This document shows positions 17,266 through 24,309 of a stretch of DNA of 35,120 bases, piece by piece; the first letter of the stretch is position 1, and the number at the start of each line of letters is the position of its first letter. This stretch comes from Spirochaetaceae bacterium (GTDB taxonomy: Bacteria; Spirochaetota; Spirochaetia; Treponematales; Breznakiellaceae). The position numbers and the translations under genes are program-made. The stretch lies in assembly GCA_031284645.1 (NCBI GenBank), contig JAITXS010000045.1:1-35120 (forward strand), in the 5' to 3' direction. A model generated the notes under the pieces. That model saw only the letters and a program-made list of their open reading frames with translations. It was not told the DNA's origin and ran no database searches.

Positions 17266-17934
17266 TTACAGTATAAGTAAACAGGACAGTAAATACAAGA
17301 GATGGTCTTTTGCCGCCCCGGGCAGAGCCAAGGCTTCCTTTAATTCAAGAAATTTCCCCATATCAAAAACATCTGTATCCTTGAGCACCCTCTGTTCAAG
17401 ACGCCGGAACATATTTTGCAGACGGGGAAACGAATAATCAAAACGAATATGCAGATCAAGCTCTTCAAGAAACCAGCCTGCTTTAATCATATTACGAGTT
17501 TCACTCTGAAAAATACGTTCATCGACCGCGCCCCAAAAAGCCATAAGACTATCGGTAAGCTCTTGCAGCTCATTCACATCAGAGCCCTTAGCCGCACATT
17601 CTTCCATTTTGCCAAGAGCAAGCTGCACATAAGAAAAAGTCTCGCTCTTAATCAACTCGCGAACCACAATCGCATTGTTAAACGCATTATGCAAAGCAGA
17701 ACGCAGCGAAACCCCGTCGTCTTTACTAAAAAGATAACGCAGCATAAAATCTTCCGCCGAAGAATACTTATCCGCAACACCAAGCTTTTCGCAAAAAACA
17801 GTATAATCCTCAGGCTCTTCTATCAGCATATCCCGGAATTTCCTGAAAAAATGGAGAACCGCATAGACCCGCTGCGTATAACGCCCAAGCCAAAAAAGAC
17901 ATTCAGCCTTGTTTTTTGAAATTTTATCAGACAT
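17266..17934 (-). CDS. Alpha-E domain protein (COG2307 type)
   Basis: ECLFWLGRYTQRVYAVLHFFRKF resembles the alpha-E N-terminal helix. The start is placed at the ATG at 17934 (MSDKISK, GAGGGG SD-like sequence upstream). The 49-codon extension to 18081 in the ORF track runs through a family-2 repeat. Confidence 0.7.
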   Translation of the reverse strand: MSDKISKNKAECLFWLGRYTQRVYAVLHFFRKFRDMLIEEPEDYTVFCEKLGVADKYSSAEDFMLRYLFSKDDGVSLRSALHNAFNNAIVVRELIKSETFSYVQLALGKMEECAAKGSDVNELQELTDSLMAFWGAVDERIFQSETRNMIKAGWFLEELDLHIRFDYSFPRLQNMFRRLEQRVLKDTDVFDMGKFLELKEALALPGAAKDHLLYLLSCLLIL

Positions 17935-17956
17935 AAAAACCCCCCTCATAAACATA

Positions 17957-18022
17957 AGGGGGAAGTCTCCCCCTCGCTCCGAAGCCCGCCGCTTCGCGGT
18001 CGGGTCTTCTCCGCTACCCCCA
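17957..18022. repeat. Family-2 GC-rich element, copy inside the ATP-grasp operon (between the ATP-grasp and alpha-E genes)
   Basis: CTCCCCCTCGCTCCGAAG ... GGTCTTCTCCGCTACCCCCAC. There is a flanking AGGGGGA-AGTC-TCCCCCT hairpin (17957-17974) and a GGGGC-TTC-GCCCC hairpin (18029-18041). Confidence 0.8.
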
Positions 18023-18105
18023 CTCCTCGGGGCTTCGCCCCTAAAACCCCACGTCCGACAAAGATAAAAATCCTCAGGCAAAAGCCCCTTTACCGCAGAT
18101 CAAAA

Positions 18106-19431
18106 TCATAAGTCCGCTTGTCTTTCTACCCACGTATCTTTAAAACCGCCACCCTGTGAGGAATTAACCACATAAGAGCTGGCATCACGAGCAAAACGAG
18201 TTAAGCCGCTTGGCCAAACCAGCACTTCATCTCCGTACAAAACAAAAGCGCGAAGATCCGCTTTGCGCTGCGCATTTAAGTCACCGTCAATAATATCCAT
18301 ATCACGAAATTGGATGACTTCCTGTGCAATCCAACGCCGGGGCTCCCGCTCAATAAGTTTTTCTATCTCGGTAAGACGATCCGGCGGCAAATCCTTACCG
18401 AACATAACACCGTAACCCCCTGCCTCGGCCACGTCTTTTATAACCAAATCTTTGATATTCGCGAGTATATATTTTTTGTCCTCTTCGTAATAGGGAAGGT
18501 AGGTCGGCGCGTTTTTCAACAGGGCTTTTTCTCCCAGATAATATTCGATCATCTTGGGAACAAAATAGCAAAGCCCCTTGTCATCGGCAATACCGTTACC
18601 AACTGCGTTCATAATCGCGACATTACCCTGCCGGTATGCCTGCATGATATTCGGCACGCCCAGCAGAGAGGAGGGGTCAAAAACAAGCGGGTCAAGATAC
18701 TCATCAGCAATGCGCCGGTATATGACTCCGACACGCTCGCGCTCGTTAAAAAGCCCCTTGTAGTAAACCATACCGTTATCAACAATAAGATCTCCGGGAA
18801 AAGCCAAAGTGGCCCCGGTTTTTTCAGCAAGGAACGAATGCTCAAAAAATGCCGAATTGTAACGGCCCGGCGTAAGAATAACGGCAAGGCCGTTCCCCTC
18901 GTTTAAGTAATCAAAAATCCGTGATAAAAGCAGAGGATAGTTGCGGTTATCCTCAATTTTATTATGGGCGAAGGTCTCGGGAGAGACCTTTCGGGTGATG
19001 GTCCGGGCAATAATCGGATAAGACGCGCCGGAGGGAATTCTGATATTATCTTCCAGTACAATCCACGAGCCGTCTTTTTCCTGAACCAGATCTATGCCGG
19101 AAATATGATTGTAAATTTTTTGCGCCGGAATAATCCCCTCGCATTGAGGAAGATACGCCTTTGAAGAATAGATAAATTCTTCGGGAATAAGCTTGTCTTT
19201 GACAATACGTTTTTCATTGTAGATATCCAAAAGAAACGCATTAAGCGCTTTTGCCCTTTGAATCAGTCCCTTTTCAAGAAATGCCCATTCCACCGCCGGT
19301 ATTACACGCGGAATCGGATCAAAAGGGAAGAGCTGCTCTTTAAACTCACCGTTTTTATAAATACCGAAACGAACGCCGCAGCGGTCAAGCCATTTATTTA
19401 CGGCATACTGTTGTTCCAATAACGCTTTCAT
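18106..19431 (-). CDS. Circularly permuted type-2 ATP-grasp protein (COG2308 type amidoligase)
   Basis: WIVLEDNIRIPSGASYPI, VILTPGRYNSAFFEHSFLAEKTG, VIYRRIADEYLDPLVF and NAVGNGIADDKGLCYFVPKMIEYYLGE match the conserved blocks of this family. Confidence 0.85.
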   Translation of the reverse strand: MKALLEQQYAVNKWLDRCGVRFGIYKNGEFKEQLFPFDPIPRVIPAVEWAFLEKGLIQRAKALNAFLLDIYNEKRIVKDKLIPEEFIYSSKAYLPQCEGIIPAQKIYNHISGIDLVQEKDGSWIVLEDNIRIPSGASYPIIARTITRKVSPETFAHNKIEDNRNYPLLLSRIFDYLNEGNGLAVILTPGRYNSAFFEHSFLAEKTGATLAFPGDLIVDNGMVYYKGLFNERERVGVIYRRIADEYLDPLVFDPSSLLGVPNIMQAYRQGNVAIMNAVGNGIADDKGLCYFVPKMIEYYLGEKALLKNAPTYLPYYEEDKKYILANIKDLVIKDVAEAGGYGVMFGKDLPPDRLTEIEKLIEREPRRWIAQEVIQFRDMDIIDGDLNAQRKADLRAFVLYGDEVLVWPSGLTRFARDASSYVVNSSQGGGFKDTWVERQADL

Positions 19432-19476
19432 ATTTCTTATTCAATACGAATATGTATGGATTGTCAATCGCTTTTT

Positions 19477-19502
19477 TAAATAATACATTTTTGTATTATT
19501 TA
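19477..19502. promoter_or_regulatory. Perfect 11-bp inverted repeat (operator-like) upstream of the ATP-grasp operon
   Basis: TAAATAATACA-TTTT-TGTATTATTTA lies 46-71 nt upstream of the ATG at 19431. It is adjacent to a minus-strand TTGACA (19467-19462). Confidence 0.3.
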
Positions 19503-19596
19503 AATAATAAACAGGAGACTGCTAAAAGATCTGCGAATCCCCCGAATAATAGTCTCCGTATCGATCCCTCATTTACCGGAAGTACTGCTCGGGCAT

Positions 19597-19635
19597 AAAA
19601 AAACCGTTGCCGATAAGGAGGGAAACGGCAACGGT
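19597..19635 (-). terminator. Canonical intrinsic terminator on the minus strand with no annotated gene upstream of it
   Basis: Minus strand reads ACCGTTGCCG-13 nt loop-CGGCAACGGT followed by TTTTTTT (perfect 10-bp GC-rich stem plus a 7-U tract). Confidence 0.5.
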
Positions 19636-19733
19636 AAAGGAGTTATGATGAAGAGAACTATGATTTATTAACCAATCAATACCCCGAAAGGTTACATCCG
19701 GTAGCTCCCATTTTAAAATATACCCCCAAAAAG

Positions 19734-20010
19734 AGGGGTAATGGGGTCTAGGGTAGTAGGGTCTAGGGTTGGGGTATTGAAATGATTAGACATCTTTACC
19801 TCATACCCGAAGCAAAGGGTTAGGAGCGTTAAGGATGGGGCAGGGAATTTCTCGTAAAATCTCTACCCCAAACCCAAGGAGAAGGGTGATTGAGTTCTGG
19901 GTAGGGGCTTTCTGATAAAACCAAGACCCCATACCCTTTACCCATGACCCTCTACCCTCTACCCTCTACCCTCTACCCTCTACCCTCTACCCAATTACCC
20001 AAAACCCTAA
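19734..20010. repeat. Family-1 GGGT/ACCC repeat, about two units in inverted orientation, in a divergent promoter region
   Basis: Bases 19773-19838 are the near-identical reverse complement of the conserved core at 12992-13055. The linkers CCCGAAGCAAAGGG and CTTTCTGATAAAA are present. Confidence 0.85.
19948..19992. repeat. Perfect heptanucleotide tandem repeat (CCCTCTA)x6 plus CCC
   Basis: Six exact copies were counted from 19948 to 19989. They are embedded in a run of 12 C3-4 tracts spaced 3-5 nt apart (19927-20007). Confidence 0.95.
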
Positions 20011-20112
20011 GGTAGATATGTTTCAAATATGAATCGGAGGATAAACGCATAGAGTTTATCCTGCTCGTGAGCACTTGTCTAAGAAAAAGAATTACCCGAT
20101 AATATTTCTATA

Positions 20113-21609
20113 ATGAGCATTTTTCATATTCCGAAAGGATTGCCGAAAAAACCGGCGTTTTTATGGACAATAGCCACCTGCTTTTTTTGTTTATTCATAA
20201 TAGCTGCATCAGGCCCGCAGACGGATGAGCAGGACGCACAGCGGGAACAAAACCCGCGTCGCTATACTGCCATGATTCAAAATGTTTTTGATTTTATTCA
20301 AAGGCATTATGTTGATGAAGTGGATCCCCAAAAAATCTACGAAGGTGCTATGTCCGGTATGCTCGGCGCCTTGGGTGATCCTTACTCCCAGTTTCTTTCC
20401 GAAAAAGAAATGTCGGATCTGAGTGAAAATGTTATCAAAGGTGCCTACGGCGGAGTAGGCCTGTATATTTCCAAGCCCGTTGGTGAACGCATCGAGGGAG
20501 GAAAGCCTGCTTATGTTGAGGTTGCCTCGCCTATTGAGGATACTCCCGGCTGGAGAGCGGGGATTATGCCAGGGGATCTTATCATCAAGATTGAAGATGA
20601 GAGTACTGCGGATATTACTATGGAAGAGGTGCTTGCCCGTTTAAAAGGCCCTCCCGGTGATCAAGTGAATCTTACGATACAACGTGGCGAGAAACTCGTG
20701 TTTCCGGTAAGTTTGGTACGTGAAATCATTGAGGTGCCGACGGTAAAATCAGCAATGATTGACGATATCGCGTATATCCGGCTTATCAGCTTTAGCCACA
20801 TGACCGGTGAACGTACAAAAGAGGCACTTGAAGCTTTCCGGAAAACAAACTACAAAGGCTTAATTCTTGATTTACGGAACAATTACGGCGGGCTTTTAAC
20901 CGCGGCGGTGGATGTCTGTAATTTTTTTCTGCAAAGTGGGGTTGTGGTTTCGGTAAAATCAAGGATCGCCGGACAGAATTTAGTATACTACGGCGGAAAA
21001 GAAAAGCCGCTTATTCCCGAAAACACCCCGCTTGTGGTGCTTATCAACCACGGCTCCGCATCCGCCTCGGAAATTGTCGCGGGCGCATTAAAGGATCGGG
21101 GACGGGCTTATCTTGTCGGTGAAAAATCTTACGGAAAGGGCTCGGTGCAGCAGGTTTATCCTTTTGATAAATCCGGATTTAAAATTACCACAGCCCGTTA
21201 CTATACGCCCAGCGATGTAAATATCGATAAAATAGGCATTCCGCCCGACATGGAAGTTTTATTTCCCAAATATTCGAACGAAGACGTGGAGTCCTTGAGT
21301 AAGCTGCTTCATTCAAATAAAATCAAGGAATTTGTCAAAGAACATCCCGTGGCTTCGGTGGAACAAAGTAATGATTTTATCCGCCAAATTCAAGCGGAGT
21401 ATAGTCTTGACTCTAACCTGCTTAGCAGACTGGTACGTGACGAGCAAAATCGGGCGAGTATCGCGCCGGTTTACGATCTGGAATACGATGTGCAATTACA
21501 GGAAGCCGTAAAGATCATCAGAGAAGGGCAGTACTATCAGTTAATAAAACAGACAAAAACGCTTCACGATTTACAGGAAGAAGCAGAAGCAGAGGCGCAA
21601 GCCTCGTAA
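20113..21609 (+). CDS. S41-family carboxy-terminal processing protease (PDZ domain)
   Basis: N-terminal membrane anchor; PDZ region (TPGWRAGIMPGDLIIKIEDEST); LDLRNNYGGLL, INHGSASASEIVAGALKD and GEKSYGKGSVQ. Confidence 0.9.
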   Translation: MSIFHIPKGLPKKPAFLWTIATCFFCLFIIAASGPQTDEQDAQREQNPRRYTAMIQNVFDFIQRHYVDEVDPQKIYEGAMSGMLGALGDPYSQFLSEKEMSDLSENVIKGAYGGVGLYISKPVGERIEGGKPAYVEVASPIEDTPGWRAGIMPGDLIIKIEDESTADITMEEVLARLKGPPGDQVNLTIQRGEKLVFPVSLVREIIEVPTVKSAMIDDIAYIRLISFSHMTGERTKEALEAFRKTNYKGLILDLRNNYGGLLTAAVDVCNFFLQSGVVVSVKSRIAGQNLVYYGGKEKPLIPENTPLVVLINHGSASASEIVAGALKDRGRAYLVGEKSYGKGSVQQVYPFDKSGFKITTARYYTPSDVNIDKIGIPPDMEVLFPKYSNEDVESLSKLLHSNKIKEFVKEHPVASVEQSNDFIRQIQAEYSLDSNLLSRLVRDEQNRASIAPVYDLEYDVQLQEAVKIIREGQYYQLIKQTKTLHDLQEEAEAEAQAS

Positions 21610-21694
21610 AGAAGCAGGCAGCAATTTTGAAACACAATGTTCAGGGGTAGAGTCAGCCGGAGCATTGTGATGGATCAGCGCGGGGGATTTTTGT

Positions 21695-22102
21695 ATGGCA
21701 GCCTTTTTTGACAGCTCAAAAAACTGGTATATTGTTACGCCGGAATCTGACGGCATTAAGTCGATTGAGGAACTCTCCCGTGTTATATCCCTTTTACGGG
21801 AAAAGGCGGGATTAGCAAAAATAGCGCCGCCGATTATCAGTGCAAAAAACGCATCGCCGCCTGAGAGCGCGGAAATTATTATAAATTACACTGCCGGATC
21901 CCCGGGTATGAGTTTTGCCTGGCGCGCCGGAGAAGAGCGTATCGAAATTTATGCTCATTCTTTGCAAAGCCTTGATAATGCTATTGCGGATTTTTTAAAG
22001 GCGCTTGGCATAAACCGTGCCCCGCCGGAGACACTCGCACTTCCTTCGCCGGCACAAGGGGCCTTGTACCTTATATCAAAAAAAGCGGAACATGTTTTTT
22101 AA
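21695..22102 (+). CDS. Hypothetical protein
   Basis: 135-aa ORF in a gene-sized gap with no competing frame. No recognisable motif. Confidence 0.4.
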   Translation: MAAFFDSSKNWYIVTPESDGIKSIEELSRVISLLREKAGLAKIAPPIISAKNASPPESAEIIINYTAGSPGMSFAWRAGEERIEIYAHSLQSLDNAIADFLKALGINRAPPETLALPSPAQGALYLISKKAEHVF

Positions 22103-22119
22103 ATAGGATAGCCGGAATG

Positions 22120-23274
22120 TTACCATTCAAGGAGTATAAGGCGCTCAAGTAAGTCGTTTACTGCGTTATTCCGTATACCAAAACTTTGAAAATCGCGGAG
22201 AACCGCTATGGCTGCTTCCTTGTCGCCTATTCTTCGATAACAGTCGGCAAGCTCAAGGTAGGGGCGGTGATTTTTCATATCCTGTTCGATAAGATTCAGA
22301 AGGATGTCGATTGCCTTCTCGAATGCTCCGTGAATTTTGGCAATCACGGCAAGTCCTAACACGGCATAGGTGTCAAATTCAATATTAAGGGCGCGGGTAT
22401 AGTAATCGGCTGCCTGCGCGTAATTTTGTAAGGCGCAGTAGGCGTCTCCGGCGCGGGTAAGTATCACTTTGTTACGCGGGTCTTGCTCTAAAATTAAATT
22501 CCAGTAATCAAGGGAACGGCGCGGCTGATTTAAACCGCGAAAACAGTCTCCCAGTCCGAAAAGCGCGTAAAAATTCGCGGGATCACGCCGTAACGCAGCG
22601 TCAAAATACGCAAGCCCGTCATCAAACAGCTTTAATTTACGGTAACAGTTTCCGATTGAAGTTAGTACGCGGATATCAACACTTAACAGACTGTGTGTTT
22701 CAAGCATTTTTTCCCAATAAAAAAGCGCGTCCTGATATTCTTTAAAGTCATAGTGAAGATGGCCAAGTCCGATAATTGCGTATGCGTTGTCCTCTTCTAT
22801 TTCGAGTACTCGTTCGTATTTTAGTTTTGAATTTTTAAAATCGTGGAGTTTGCGGTAGGCATCGGCGACACGAGTAAGGACAGTGATGTTCTTCTCGTCA
22901 TGTTCAAGATATTTATTCCAAATTTCGATAGCTTTTATGTACTGATTCAGCGCTTTATAACAGTCGGCAAGTCCAAAAAGCGCGTAATTGTTATCCGGAT
23001 GACACACAAGACAGCGCTCATAGAACTGTGCTGCCGGACGAAACGCATTACGCTTCCTCCATGCGTCACCCATCCCGACAAGCGCGTAGTTATTTTCCGT
23101 ATCCATCGAAAGAATCTGCCGGAAACATTCTTTTGCATCTTCTATTTTGTTTTCTTTTAGCAGCTGGTATCCTTGTTTCGAGAGTTCGGAGATTAACTGG
23201 CCCCGGCTAAGGTTCTCGTCTATCGGCTCTTCAATATTAATTTCAAAGCTGATCTCCTTTATTATTTTCATCAT
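22120..23274 (-). CDS. Tetratricopeptide (TPR) repeat protein
   Basis: About nine tandem 34-aa units with the TPR pattern (A..Y/F...L..DP.N..AL.GLG.CY). Confidence 0.85.
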   Translation of the reverse strand: MMKIIKEISFEINIEEPIDENLSRGQLISELSKQGYQLLKENKIEDAKECFRQILSMDTENNYALVGMGDAWRKRNAFRPAAQFYERCLVCHPDNNYALFGLADCYKALNQYIKAIEIWNKYLEHDEKNITVLTRVADAYRKLHDFKNSKLKYERVLEIEEDNAYAIIGLGHLHYDFKEYQDALFYWEKMLETHSLLSVDIRVLTSIGNCYRKLKLFDDGLAYFDAALRRDPANFYALFGLGDCFRGLNQPRRSLDYWNLILEQDPRNKVILTRAGDAYCALQNYAQAADYYTRALNIEFDTYAVLGLAVIAKIHGAFEKAIDILLNLIEQDMKNHRPYLELADCYRRIGDKEAAIAVLRDFQSFGIRNNAVNDLLERLILLEW

Positions 23275-23663
23275 CCACCTCGTCCCGTTTTTACATTGTC
23301 TTCTTTCAAAAGCCCTTTAATAAATAGAGCAAGCTCCATACAGATCTCATCTGATTTTTGCTTGTCGTGAGCCAAATAATACATCCGTAACGCGTCTACC
23401 AATCTTTTCTTTGATCTGTAATAATCGCCGACACGGGATAGACCGTCCGAATACCCCGTTGTGATAAAAATACGCCGCGAACCTTCAATATCGCCGCTGT
23501 TAAAAAGGAGATTTCCTTTTCTGTTGAGCATGGCTTTCTGTGAGCTTTCTACATTGCTTTTTGACGTTCCTTTCAGAAAAATTGCTTCGTCTTCAAGTTT
23601 TTCTAAAATATTTATTTTAAATGCTGTCTTGTCCATTATACTCAATTCCTGTTGAAAAGTCAA
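23271..23663 (-). CDS. Hypothetical protein, translationally coupled to the TPR gene
   Basis: 130-aa ORF with a 4-bp overlap with the downstream TPR gene start. A short helical-repeat-like C-terminus (GDYYRSKKRLVDALRMYYLA). Confidence 0.5.
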   Translation of the reverse strand: MTFQQELSIMDKTAFKINILEKLEDEAIFLKGTSKSNVESSQKAMLNRKGNLLFNSGDIEGSRRIFITTGYSDGLSRVGDYYRSKKRLVDALRMYYLAHDKQKSDEICMELALFIKGLLKEDNVKTGRGG

Positions 23664-24002
23664 AATTCACGTTCGTACTATCAGATTGGTCATATCCCTT
23701 CATCGTGCCTTTATATTAATAACGGCAAAAGGCGCGGTAATATTGCTACTTATGCCGGTAAAAATCATGTCGCAGAGAACAGCAGGATAGAGCCCGATCG
23801 GCTCTCCGGTACCAGAGTTTTTGGCCTTGAATGAATTAAACACCGTATTTTTTAAGGAAAACTGTTTGAATCGCGCCATAAGCCGCTTTTACCTTATCCC
23901 ATTCGTTTTCCATCATGGCCCACCCCTGTCGTTAAAATGCGCTTGATAAAATACAGCAACGGAATAAAAACTTATTTGATTATGGTACTATTTTATTAAA
24001 TA

Positions 24003-24074
24003 AGCGGCTGAAGGGAGTCGAACCCTCGTCTCCAGCTTGGAAGGCTGGGGTAATAGCCGTTATACGACAGCCGC
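24003..24074 (-). tRNA. tRNA-Gly (anticodon UCC)
   Basis: Folded by hand. Acceptor GCGGCTG/CAGCCGC (7 bp), D-loop with GG, anticodon stem CCAGC/GCTGG, loop CTTCCAA (TCC) and T-arm GAGGG-TTCGACT-CCCTT. Discriminator T, no encoded CCA. Confidence 0.9.
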
Positions 24075-24309
24075 ATTTTTTTATTCTACCGGGAAATTTC
24101 ATTTGTTTCAAGTAGCCGAATTGCGCCTGCCGAATTGCGCCATGTTAAATGTTACCGAAAGGTAGCCGCAGTGTGATAAATCCGGCAGACTCCTAGTCAT
24201 TTTCCTCCTTTTCTGTTATCGTTAAAGACATAAATAAATCAATTAAAAAACAGGTGGGCAGGCGAAGGCTGTTTGCCTTTCAAATGTTTTCTGCCAAAGG
24301 AGTTAAAAA

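Noticed and set aside
17935-18081. 49-codon N-terminal extension of the alpha-E ORF (MPEDFYLCRTWGFRGEAPRSGGSGEDP...)
   Set aside because: The extension is the translated family-2 repeat element. Alpha-E homology starts right after the ATG at 17934, which has a purine-rich SD-like sequence.
18310-19164. Several plus-strand ORFs (198, 61 and 66 aa) and the minus-strand ORF 18609..18887 within the ATP-grasp gene
   Set aside because: They are antisense or out-of-frame shadows of a well-supported 441-aa gene.
19645-19671. 8-codon plus-strand ORF (MMKRTMIY) behind a strong AAGGAG
   Set aside because: It is tiny, with no downstream gene to regulate on that strand. The AAGGAG more likely belongs to the flank of the minus-strand terminator hairpin.
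23836-23916. 26-aa minus-strand ORF (MMENEWDKVKAAYGAIQTVFLKKYGV) with a GGGGTG SD-like sequence upstream of the 23663 gene
   Set aside because: It is too short to evaluate without conservation or ribosome-profiling data. Noted only.
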